From contig JBAXPH010000001.1 in NCBI GenBank assembly GCA_037132355.1, positions 1 through 52,243 on the forward strand: a stretch of 52,243 nucleotides of DNA, in the 5' to 3' direction. The notes under the pieces were generated by a model. The model saw only the letters and a list, made by a program, of their open reading frames with translations. It made no database searches and was not told the DNA's origin. Both the position numbers and the translations under genes were made by a program. Numbering within the stretch: the stretch's first letter is position 1; every line of letters starts with the position of its first letter. Shown here piece by piece: positions 20,501 through 28,083 of this stretch. The stretch is from Actinomycetes bacterium (GTDB lineage Bacteria > Actinomycetota > Actinomycetes > Nanopelagicales > Nanopelagicaceae).

Positions 20501-20565
20501 TAATTGTTATGGCCCTTCCTGCTGGTCGCCGAAAGCGTGAAATATCTGAAAAGGAGTTGGCATGA
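17521..20565 (+). CDS. GT2 glycosyltransferase fused to a large multi-TM domain
   Basis: WLIHDDCAP and FRDDVDFGWR motifs, followed by many TM helices. Confidence 0.88.
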   Translation: MASLADVDKHRVTAVLVSHNGALWLPEVVAALTSQTRPIDLITAVDTGSEDTSTKLLKSARIPFFSTDRETGFGQAVSLAVDKLPKAIEHEWIWLIHDDCAPAPTALAELLHAIDDRPQVVMVGPKLLGWHDRTHLLEAGISIAGNGARWTGLEPLEYDQGQHDGIHDVLSVSTAGALIRRDVFEELGGLDLNLALFRDDVDFGWRARAAGHSVIAATNAVAFHAQASATERRRIDVEGAFLHRPLLLDRRNAAYVLLANSSWWMIPWIALQLFGSAIARAIGYLLAKLPGYASDEILAFTSLIVRPGMILEARKIRKKQRFVTARVIATYIPPRWSQLRLGTERLIELVRNKVFPDSSVSSGSILDSVEDEDLLTPVNTNNWFSVVKRPEVLGFLLLAIITLVNSRNRLGALVGGALPNSPAGATDLWRTYFESWHQVGMGSSLATPPWIIVLAIAALAVLGKVQFLITLFFLLAPLLIMWSSFHLLKKLTNNSWISIPAAFLYAISPVTVAAISSGHIATLVLLMITPLIAVLLHDWWGIEKYSWRKVFSISLLFSVLYAFTLMSFVIALTAALVITLDNYEEYSQTQDKLLWRERILKRTALVFVPFLVNAPFSFEALIKPSRFLTEPGLLIPGGGPFAVLLGNPGGSGSLPLWLVSPILLILVISLFSSTHARAMAEYGIAALGLAVLVSSLSISTHGSEGAVKVWAGPMLSISTLAAVAAGTVMLDRLRETLVLSHIHYRHILSAILLFITASYAVLTVGYSVTIGANSAVQANRATVIPAFLSVEADTKILVLREVGGAKDKKIQYYISRGQDISLGDPDVAPKQNVAVAAAARALIDGSGITSSKTLGDYGIKYVFVKSPFKKEIIRSIDGIGGFTRTSATSLGVVWRVSQPTGRLLFVNKDGVRSVLDTGEYGARTIVPSAGTLILTETANRSWQVLENGYRLERTNNELGLPTFKVTEAGEISLLHDGTVRRAWVSLQLIFLVIVIVMALPAGRRKREISEKELA

Positions 20566-21866
20566 CATTTAATCGCCCGCTCAAATTTCTCGCAATTTTG
20601 TTGAGCGTTGTCGGAGTCTCAAGCGTTCTCTCTGTCGCGGTAACAACTAAGAACTTTTCTGAGACCTACCCTGCTGTTGTTTGTCCGCCAACACTTAATG
20701 GATTGGGATCACAAATTTCTTTGTCGTCGACAAGTACTCCATTTCAATTACTTAAAAACCGTGGCTCAAAAACTGCGCCAGTAAAGGTTTTAAGACTTCC
20801 GGTTAATAAGGATTCCTTAGTCATTAACTCTGAAGGTTCAACTCCGGTTGTATGGCAAAGTAGAGCTGGCAGCTGGGCTGGTGGTGCGCTGTGTACTGGT
20901 CCGGCTTCTTCACAATGGTTTGTAGGAGGGGCTGCAGACGTTACGACTCGTGGTCGATTAATGATCATCAATAGCGGACTAAGCGATGCGGTTGTAGATA
21001 TTGAGAGTTTTACAGAAAATGGAAAGCAGCCATTAAGAACCATCAACGTAACTTCCAAGACCTATGTTGATATTCCGGTTGATTCTTTGGCTCCAGGCGA
21101 TAAAACGCTAACCGTACATGTTGCACCTCGTTCAGGTCGTATCAACGCATTTATGATTGATGAACAGGGCAAAGGATTAAAAACTTTAGGTGGCGATCTT
21201 GTTAATCCTGTAGCAGCTGCGAGCAAAATTGTTGTAATCCCTGCCATCCCAAATCAGATTTTGAAAAAGAAGCCTGCGCTACCGCACACCTTGCGTATAT
21301 TAGCCACAGGTGATGTCGATGCGAGCGTTACTGTAGAAGTACTTTCTGCAGATGGAGTTTTTGTCCCTGTCGGATTAACATCACGAGTGATTAATGCTGG
21401 AATTGTTAGTGAATTTCAACTTGATCCAAACATCACTTCCACCGTGATGGCCGTCAGAATCACTTCGACAGAACCAGTTGTTGCGGCAGTAAAGTCCACA
21501 GTAGTTGTTACAGGTAAACAAGATTTTGTGTGGAGTACAGCTGCGCCTGAACTTGTTCCTTTAACAATAGCTGTTACCGGATTGACTCCATTTATTGCCT
21601 TTTCAGGCGATCAAATTAATGTTTCATTAGATGTCACTTTGCTCAATGGAAAGGTCGTACGCCAAATTGTGAAGGGTACCGACATTGCGAATTGGCGAGT
21701 TCCTGCTGATGCCCGATCACTTACCGTGATCAAAGTTGGATCTGCAACATTTGCAGGTGCATTGGTCTCCTCGGTTAACGGATTTGGCTATTTCCCAATA
21801 GCGGCAGGAAGCGTTCTGACAAAGATTGAAGTGCCAGATTCAAATATTCGCGTCCTAAATCCCTGA
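20562..21866 (+). CDS. DUF5719-family secreted or anchored protein
   Basis: N-terminal TM, VCP, C...WFVGG...LMIIN, beta-rich; conserved position after the GT2. Confidence 0.75.
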   Translation: MTFNRPLKFLAILLSVVGVSSVLSVAVTTKNFSETYPAVVCPPTLNGLGSQISLSSTSTPFQLLKNRGSKTAPVKVLRLPVNKDSLVINSEGSTPVVWQSRAGSWAGGALCTGPASSQWFVGGAADVTTRGRLMIINSGLSDAVVDIESFTENGKQPLRTINVTSKTYVDIPVDSLAPGDKTLTVHVAPRSGRINAFMIDEQGKGLKTLGGDLVNPVAAASKIVVIPAIPNQILKKKPALPHTLRILATGDVDASVTVEVLSADGVFVPVGLTSRVINAGIVSEFQLDPNITSTVMAVRITSTEPVVAAVKSTVVVTGKQDFVWSTAAPELVPLTIAVTGLTPFIAFSGDQINVSLDVTLLNGKVVRQIVKGTDIANWRVPADARSLTVIKVGSATFAGALVSSVNGFGYFPIAAGSVLTKIEVPDSNIRVLNP

Positions 21867-21908
21867 CAATCCCAAGATTTGCACGAACTTCCCACTAATG
21901 TTGTGTGC

Positions 21909-22274
21909 ATGAGGACATTAGGTGGGCGCGGATGTTCACGCGCTGGTTGTAAGTCTCAGGCAACAATGACCCTTACCTATGTCTATTCTGAATCAACAGC
22001 TGTTGTTGGACCACTCGCAACGTATTCAGAACCGCACGCTTATGATCTTTGCACAGTGCATGGCGCTCGTCTAAAAGTCCCTCACGGTTGGAATGTCATT
22101 AAGCAAGAACTTGATGGACAAACCCAAGGACCAACAGAAGATGATTTGATGGCAATTGCAGATGCAGTTCGCGAAGTTGCACTTAAAGAGATTCCAGAAG
22201 AGGCTCCAGTTGAAAGTTCTTCGGGCCAACAGCAAATCGGTCGTCGCGGTCATTTACGCGCTGTTCCTTCTTAG
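21909..22274 (+). CDS. DUF3499 family protein
   Basis: CSRAGC...TLTYVYSESTAVVGPL...YDLC..H; C-terminal RRGHLRAV. Confidence 0.92.
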   Translation: MRTLGGRGCSRAGCKSQATMTLTYVYSESTAVVGPLATYSEPHAYDLCTVHGARLKVPHGWNVIKQELDGQTQGPTEDDLMAIADAVREVALKEIPEEAPVESSSGQQQIGRRGHLRAVPS

Positions 22275-22283
22275 GAAAAATCA

Positions 22284-23639
22284 GTGGACGAATTTGCTCA
22301 TATTTTTAAAGCCTATGACATTCGTGGACTAGTTGATGTTGAAATAGATGTCGATTTTGCATTTGCAACCGGCGTTGCATTCGCACGTTTTCTTCAGATA
22401 GAAAGAGAACCTGGGACTGTTGTCATCGGTGAAGACATGCGCCCGTCTTCACCGCAGTTAGCCGATGCATTTTCTGATGGTGCAACCTCCCAAGGTATGG
22501 ATGTAATTCGCATTGGGCTGGCATCAACTGACATGTTGTACTTTGCATCTGGCAAATTGGGATTACCGGGTGCCATGTTTACCGCCAGCCACAATCCAGC
22601 CGAATACAACGGTATAAAGCTTTGCTTAAGTAATGCTCGGCCCATTGGCAAAGAATCAGGACTCGTAACAATTGAAAAATTTGTCCGCGAAGGTTCTCCA
22701 ATAGCGCTACGAAATGTTGGAGTTGAAAAACAGCGCAATATGCTTGAAGAGTATGTAGATCACCTTTTAACTCTGGTAGACATTAAAAAGATTCGCCCCT
22801 TAAAGATCATCGTTGATGCGGGCAATGGAATGGCTGGGCATACGGCACCCGCTATTTTTGCTCGATTAAATTGTGAAGTTGTTCCCATGTATTTCGAACT
22901 TGATGGATCTTTCCCAAATCATGAAGCTAACCCACTCGATGAATCCACGTTGGCTGATTTAAAGAAGGCAATGATCGATCAAAAGGCTGATCTTGGCTTA
23001 GCTTTTGATGGAGATGCAGATCGTTGCTTCTTAGTTGATGAACGCGGGGTTGCAGTTAATCCCTCAGCATTGACTTCATTAATTGCTCATCGGGAATTAA
23101 TAAAACATCCAGGATCTTCGATCATTTATAACTTGATTTCATCTCGTGCGGTTCAAGAAGTCATTGATGAAAATGGGGGAGTTGGATTACGCAGCCGTGT
23201 TGGGCATTCGTATATAAAGAAAATGATGGCCGAAAGCGGAGCCATTTTTGGTGGAGAACATTCAGGACACTTCTACTTTAAAGAATTTTGGCGCGCAGAC
23301 TCTGGGGCGCTAGCGGCTTTACATGCCATCGCTGCCTTAGGTGAAAGTGATGGGACCATGTCAGCGTTACTCGCGCCCTATAACCGATATGTAAGTAGTG
23401 GTGAAATAAATTCAAAAGTCTCAGACACTAAAGCGGCTACCGATACTGTTGAAAAGGCGTATTCATCAGAAGGATTCACGATCGATCACCTGGATGGACT
23501 TACAGTTAATGGGGATAGCTGGTGGTTTAACCTGCGGCCTTCAAATACAGAGCCATTACTTCGACTCAATGTTGAGGCTTCAACTCAGGCTCAAATGGAG
23601 ACTGTGCGTGATGCGGTTCTCGCCCTTATTCGCAGCTAA
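22284..23639 (+). CDS. manB: Phosphomannomutase/phosphoglucomutase
   Basis: FKAYDIRG, TASHNP, FDGDADR, GEHSGH. Confidence 0.93.
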   Translation: MDEFAHIFKAYDIRGLVDVEIDVDFAFATGVAFARFLQIEREPGTVVIGEDMRPSSPQLADAFSDGATSQGMDVIRIGLASTDMLYFASGKLGLPGAMFTASHNPAEYNGIKLCLSNARPIGKESGLVTIEKFVREGSPIALRNVGVEKQRNMLEEYVDHLLTLVDIKKIRPLKIIVDAGNGMAGHTAPAIFARLNCEVVPMYFELDGSFPNHEANPLDESTLADLKKAMIDQKADLGLAFDGDADRCFLVDERGVAVNPSALTSLIAHRELIKHPGSSIIYNLISSRAVQEVIDENGGVGLRSRVGHSYIKKMMAESGAIFGGEHSGHFYFKEFWRADSGALAALHAIAALGESDGTMSALLAPYNRYVSSGEINSKVSDTKAATDTVEKAYSSEGFTIDHLDGLTVNGDSWWFNLRPSNTEPLLRLNVEASTQAQMETVRDAVLALIRS

Positions 23640-23689
23640 TTCCCGTATTTCATTAGAGTGTTTACGCGTGCGCGCGGTAATCTTTACCC

Positions 23690-23765
23690 ATAGTCGCCTA
23701 GCACTGTAGAGCCCTACGCCTTAGGTACCCAAACAATTCTTTGAATACCACTTAAGGAGAAATAC
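23690..23765 (+). promoter_or_regulatory. Structured 5' leader of ahcY (candidate cis-regulatory RNA)
   Basis: -10-like TAATCT at 23678-23683; stem GCCTAG/TTAGGT enclosing TGTAG-AGCC-CTACG (23696-23726); AAGGAG RBS. Confidence 0.35.
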
Positions 23766-25052
23766 GTGAACGTTCCAGTAACAGCAACTCTTCCAGCACA
23801 TGACATTGCAGATGCTTCGCTAGCTGCAGAGGGCAAGAAGAAAATTGAATGGGCAGAGCGCAATATGCCTGTTCTTGCACAAATCCGTGAGCGCTTTGAA
23901 AAGTCGCAACCATTTGCGGGCGTACGCATTTCAGCATGTATGCACGTAACAACTGAGACAGCTAACTTGATGCGTGTTCTAAAAGCTGGCGGAGCAGAGA
24001 TCGCACTGTGTGCGTCAAATCCTCTGTCAACACAGGATGACACTGCTGCTGCACTTGTGCATGAGTACGGAATCTCAGTGTTCGCTCGTAACGCTGTTGA
24101 TCGCGATGGTTACTACAAGCACATCAATGCAGCACTTGATATCGAACCTCACCAAGTATTTGATGATGGTTGCGATCTAGTAAACACACTTCACACAACA
24201 CGTAAAGAATTAATTCCAGGTATCACTGGTGGTTGCGAAGAGACAACAACTGGCGTTATCCGTTTGAACCAAATGGCAAAAGATGGCGCACTTCAGTTCC
24301 CAATGATCGCCGTTAACGACACTGACACAAAGCACATGTTTGATAACCGTTACGGAACAGGTCAATCAACTCTTGATGCTGTATTCCGTGCGACTAACTT
24401 CCTGCTTGCAGGTCGCGTTGTCGTAGTTGCTGGTTTTGGATACTGCGGTAAGGGTGTTGCAGAACGTGCAAAGGGTATGGGCGCAGATGTAGTCGTTACT
24501 GAAATTGATCCAACAAAGGCGCTCGATGCAATGATGCAAGGCTTCCGCGTTATGCCAATGCTAGATGCAGCAAAGCTTGGTGATGTGTTTATCACTGTTA
24601 CAGGTAACCGCGATGTATTGCGCGATGAGCACTTTGCAGTAATGAAGGATGGCGCAATCATGGCTAACTCAGGTCACTTCGATATCGAAATCGATGTTGC
24701 TTGGCTAGAGCAGAATGCAAAGAAGAAGAATACAAAGATGCGTCACCAAACCGATGAATATGTATTGGCAGATGGCCGTCGCCTACTTCTTCTTGCAGAA
24801 GGACGCCTTGTTAACCTAGGTGCAGCAGAAGGCCACCCAGCATCAGTTATGGATATGTCATTCTCTGATCAGGCACTTACAGCTGAATACCTTGTTAAGG
24901 AAGCAAAGAACTTGAAGCCTGGTGTGCATAACGTTCCTTCATACATCGATAAGGAAGTTGCTTCACTCAAGTTGATCAGCATGGGCGGTCGCATTGACGT
25001 TCTCACACCTGCACAAGATATGTACCTGAACTCTTGGGAGCACGGTAGCTAA
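23766..25052 (+). CDS. ahcY: S-adenosylhomocysteine hydrolase
   Basis: SNPLSTQD, EETTTG, FDNRYGTGQS, GFGYCGKG, EGRLVNLG. Confidence 0.96.
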   Translation: MNVPVTATLPAHDIADASLAAEGKKKIEWAERNMPVLAQIRERFEKSQPFAGVRISACMHVTTETANLMRVLKAGGAEIALCASNPLSTQDDTAAALVHEYGISVFARNAVDRDGYYKHINAALDIEPHQVFDDGCDLVNTLHTTRKELIPGITGGCEETTTGVIRLNQMAKDGALQFPMIAVNDTDTKHMFDNRYGTGQSTLDAVFRATNFLLAGRVVVVAGFGYCGKGVAERAKGMGADVVVTEIDPTKALDAMMQGFRVMPMLDAAKLGDVFITVTGNRDVLRDEHFAVMKDGAIMANSGHFDIEIDVAWLEQNAKKKNTKMRHQTDEYVLADGRRLLLLAEGRLVNLGAAEGHPASVMDMSFSDQALTAEYLVKEAKNLKPGVHNVPSYIDKEVASLKLISMGGRIDVLTPAQDMYLNSWEHGS

Positions 25053-25738
25053 TGACATTAGTTATGGTCGTCGATGACGACCAGGATCTCGCGGAGATGC
25101 TTGGCATTGTTTTAACAGGTGCCGGCATCGACGTGGATCTAGTAAGTCGTGGCGATGAGGTCATGGATGTTTTCCATAACAATCCTCCAGATTTAGTTCT
25201 GTTGGATGTTATGTTGCCTGGCCTTGATGGAATCGAAGTCTGCAAATTAATTCGCGCAGAATCAATGGTTCCGATCGTCATGCTTTCAGCCAAAGGTGAT
25301 ACACAAGATGTTGTTAAAGGTTTAGAAGCCGGTGCTGATGATTACATGGTCAAGCCATTTCGTCATCCATCCGAATTAATCGCACGTATTAGGACACGAT
25401 TGCGTCGTACAAATTCTGATATTTCAGGATTGCTGACTATTGGTGATCTGGCAATTGATGTTCAAGCCCACCAAGTCCTGCGGGCAGGAAAACAGATACA
25501 GCTAACCCGGCTTGAGTTTGATCTACTGGTTGCTCTAGCTAAAGAACCGGGACGTGTTTTCACTCGTGATGCATTGCTTAGCGAGGTCTGGGGATACCGA
25601 CATTCAACAGATACGCGGTTAGTAAATGTTCACGTGCAACGTTTGCGTTCGAAAATCGAACATGATGCCGAGCATCCTGAAATTGTTATAACAATTCGCG
25701 GTGTTGGGTACAAAGCTGGAGTGATGGGCGGTTCCTAA
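25052..25738 (+). CDS. mtrA: Response regulator MtrA
   Basis: Receiver plus OmpR wHTH; VWGYRHSTDTRLVNVHVQRLRSKIE signature. Confidence 0.93.
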   Translation: MTLVMVVDDDQDLAEMLGIVLTGAGIDVDLVSRGDEVMDVFHNNPPDLVLLDVMLPGLDGIEVCKLIRAESMVPIVMLSAKGDTQDVVKGLEAGADDYMVKPFRHPSELIARIRTRLRRTNSDISGLLTIGDLAIDVQAHQVLRAGKQIQLTRLEFDLLVALAKEPGRVFTRDALLSEVWGYRHSTDTRLVNVHVQRLRSKIEHDAEHPEIVITIRGVGYKAGVMGGS

Positions 25739-25740
25739 TC

Positions 25741-27291
25741 ATGAACCGCATTTTCTGGATAGTTCGAAACTCCCTTGCATTTAAAGTAATTCTTTCAACA
25801 GTCATTCTCTCAACGGGTGTTGTCTGGATTACCGGATCTGCTCTCAATTCGAGGCTTTCTAGCGGTATCAAGTCAGTAAATCTGAATTCGGCCATGATCG
25901 AAGCTCGCTCAACAATCTTTACTGCGGACTATCGATTTTTGCTTGCCGAAGGGGAAAAAGACTCAGTTATACAAAAAGTGGTAGACGATGTCATTAGTTC
26001 GGCAACAACAATTTCCTCAAACGAAAACACCCGAGAAGTGGTTTTTCTTCGAAGCCCTGGTAATAACAAGGAAAAAAATTATGAGATTGCATCAAACCTT
26101 TTAGATCCAAAGACAATCTCAAAATCTCTGGGTGAACGAGTGCGCAAAAGTAAAAACCTCGTTTATGAATACACGACTATGCATTATCTAGATGGTACGA
26201 GTAGCCAAGGTTTAGCAATCGGTGAAAAGGTTCAGATCCCAAATGCTGGCCAGTACGAGATGTATCTTGTATTTTCGCTTACTAATCAAGCAAAGACCCT
26301 TAATTTGATAAATGGCTATCTGCTCATTGCAGGAATTATTTTGCTGCTATTGATTACGCTCATTACTTGGGTCGTAGTACGTCAAGTAGTAAAACCGGTG
26401 CGTGAAGCTGCACGAATCGCCACTGAGTTTACCGCTGGAGATTTTAGACAACGTATGAAAGTGTATTCGCAGGATGAAATTTCAACGCTTGGTAATGCAT
26501 TTAATGAGATGGCCGAATCACTGGAAAAACAAATTGCGCGATTAGAAAACTTATCTAGGGTTCAGCAACGTTTCGTTTCTGATGTGTCTCATGAGCTTCG
26601 GACACCTTTAACTACTTTACGCATGGCATCAGAAGTTATTCACTCATCAAAAGACTCATTTGATCCAACCGTGACACGAAGTGCCGAACTCTTGGTCGCT
26701 CAATTAGATCGCTTTGAACGCTTACTTGAAGATCTATTAGAAGTTTCGCGATTTGATGCTGAAGTGGCAGTTCTTGAAGCGGTTGATTTTGATGTAGTTC
26801 AACTGGTAACTAGATGCGCAGAGGATTTATCATTAGTTGCAAAAGGTCGAAAGACGAAGATATTTGTTAAATCTTCAGAACCTGCAGTCATGATTAAGGC
26901 TGATATTCGACGCGTAGAACGCATTTTACGTAATCTATTGGCTAATGCCATCGATCACGCAGAGGAGCTGCAAATTGATGTGCAGATCAAAGCCAATGAA
27001 CATGATGTAGCTATAGGTGTTCGTGATTACGGTGTTGGCCTGGATGAAAACGCATTAACTCGAGTTTTTGATCGCTTCTGGCGCGCAGATCCTTCAAGGG
27101 CACGAACCCGTGGAGGCACCGGTTTGGGTCTTTCAATCGCTTTGGAAGATGCTCGATTACACAATGGTGAGTTAGAAGCGTGGGGTCGCCCAGGTCGAGG
27201 CGCACACTTTGTACTAACACTGCCCCGAAAGAGTTGGGAATCAATTGATCATCGCTTGATCGCGCTGCAACCCGAAGATTACAGAGCTTAG
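25741..27291 (+). CDS. mtrB: Sensor histidine kinase MtrB
   Basis: Two TM, HAMP, QRFVSDVSHELRTPLTT, FWRADPSRAR, GGTGLGL. Confidence 0.93.
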   Translation: MNRIFWIVRNSLAFKVILSTVILSTGVVWITGSALNSRLSSGIKSVNLNSAMIEARSTIFTADYRFLLAEGEKDSVIQKVVDDVISSATTISSNENTREVVFLRSPGNNKEKNYEIASNLLDPKTISKSLGERVRKSKNLVYEYTTMHYLDGTSSQGLAIGEKVQIPNAGQYEMYLVFSLTNQAKTLNLINGYLLIAGIILLLLITLITWVVVRQVVKPVREAARIATEFTAGDFRQRMKVYSQDEISTLGNAFNEMAESLEKQIARLENLSRVQQRFVSDVSHELRTPLTTLRMASEVIHSSKDSFDPTVTRSAELLVAQLDRFERLLEDLLEVSRFDAEVAVLEAVDFDVVQLVTRCAEDLSLVAKGRKTKIFVKSSEPAVMIKADIRRVERILRNLLANAIDHAEELQIDVQIKANEHDVAIGVRDYGVGLDENALTRVFDRFWRADPSRARTRGGTGLGLSIALEDARLHNGELEAWGRPGRGAHFVLTLPRKSWESIDHRLIALQPEDYRA

Positions 27292-27311
27292 TTTCCACGC
27301 TTAGTTTCCAC
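27286..27311 (+). repeat. Perfect 13-bp tandem duplication
   Basis: GCTTAGTTTCCAC at 27286-27298 and 27299-27311, spanning the mtrB stop. Confidence 0.9.
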
Positions 27312-27362
27312 AAACAATCACCCAGGGCAAGTTGCTCATCAATTTATGCCCACTATGGGCTT

Positions 27363-28022
27363 ATGAAGATTTTGACTGAACTATCACATTTAATTTTTCC
27401 GACCAGATGTTACGGATGCAATTCATTGGGTTTGAGTATTTGTACTGCATGCCGTCACGAGTGGATCCCGCACTACTACAGAACTCATAGCAGTACCTTA
27501 ATTGTTGAGTCAGCTCTAATCTATTCGCCAACAGCATCCAAGATAATCCTTGCTGCAAAGGAAAATGGTTTAAAAGGCGCAGATGATTTACTAATTGAAG
27601 CAATAGTTCATATTTTGAGTAAAACTAGTTCCACTAATTCGAAATCAAATAAGATGTACAGAACTTTAATTCCTATTCCTTCAAGCAGGCAATCACAGCG
27701 TCGAAGAGGCCGTAGTTTTATTGTGGAATTAACACAGTCAATTTCCAAACAAACCGGTATTCCAATAAATGATTGCCTTCAGGTTGCTCGTAGAGTTTCG
27801 GATCAAAGTGGGCTAACACGAGTTCAGCGAAATGCAAATATGCAAGGAGCTTTTTCATTAAAACCTGGCGCAATTCTTCGTGGCGACGCAATTGTGATTG
27901 ATGATGTGGTCACTTCCGGCGCGACCCTGCGCGAGGCAACCAGAGCCCTTAATTCGCAGGGTTCTCACGCCTTTGGCTCAGTTTGTGCGGTTACCGCATG
28001 CGTGGCTCAACCTCTACGATAA
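27363..28022 (+). CDS. comF: ComF family phosphoribosyltransferase-like protein
   Basis: CxxC-CxxC zinc finger, RRRGR, VIDDVVTSGATL. Confidence 0.9.
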   Translation: MKILTELSHLIFPTRCYGCNSLGLSICTACRHEWIPHYYRTHSSTLIVESALIYSPTASKIILAAKENGLKGADDLLIEAIVHILSKTSSTNSKSNKMYRTLIPIPSSRQSQRRRGRSFIVELTQSISKQTGIPINDCLQVARRVSDQSGLTRVQRNANMQGAFSLKPGAILRGDAIVIDDVVTSGATLREATRALNSQGSHAFGSVCAVTACVAQPLR

Positions 28023-28083
28023 GGGGGTGAATCGGCGCCCTGGCCAGGATTGACTGGGCAGCCACGATGAGAGGTAAGAATCA

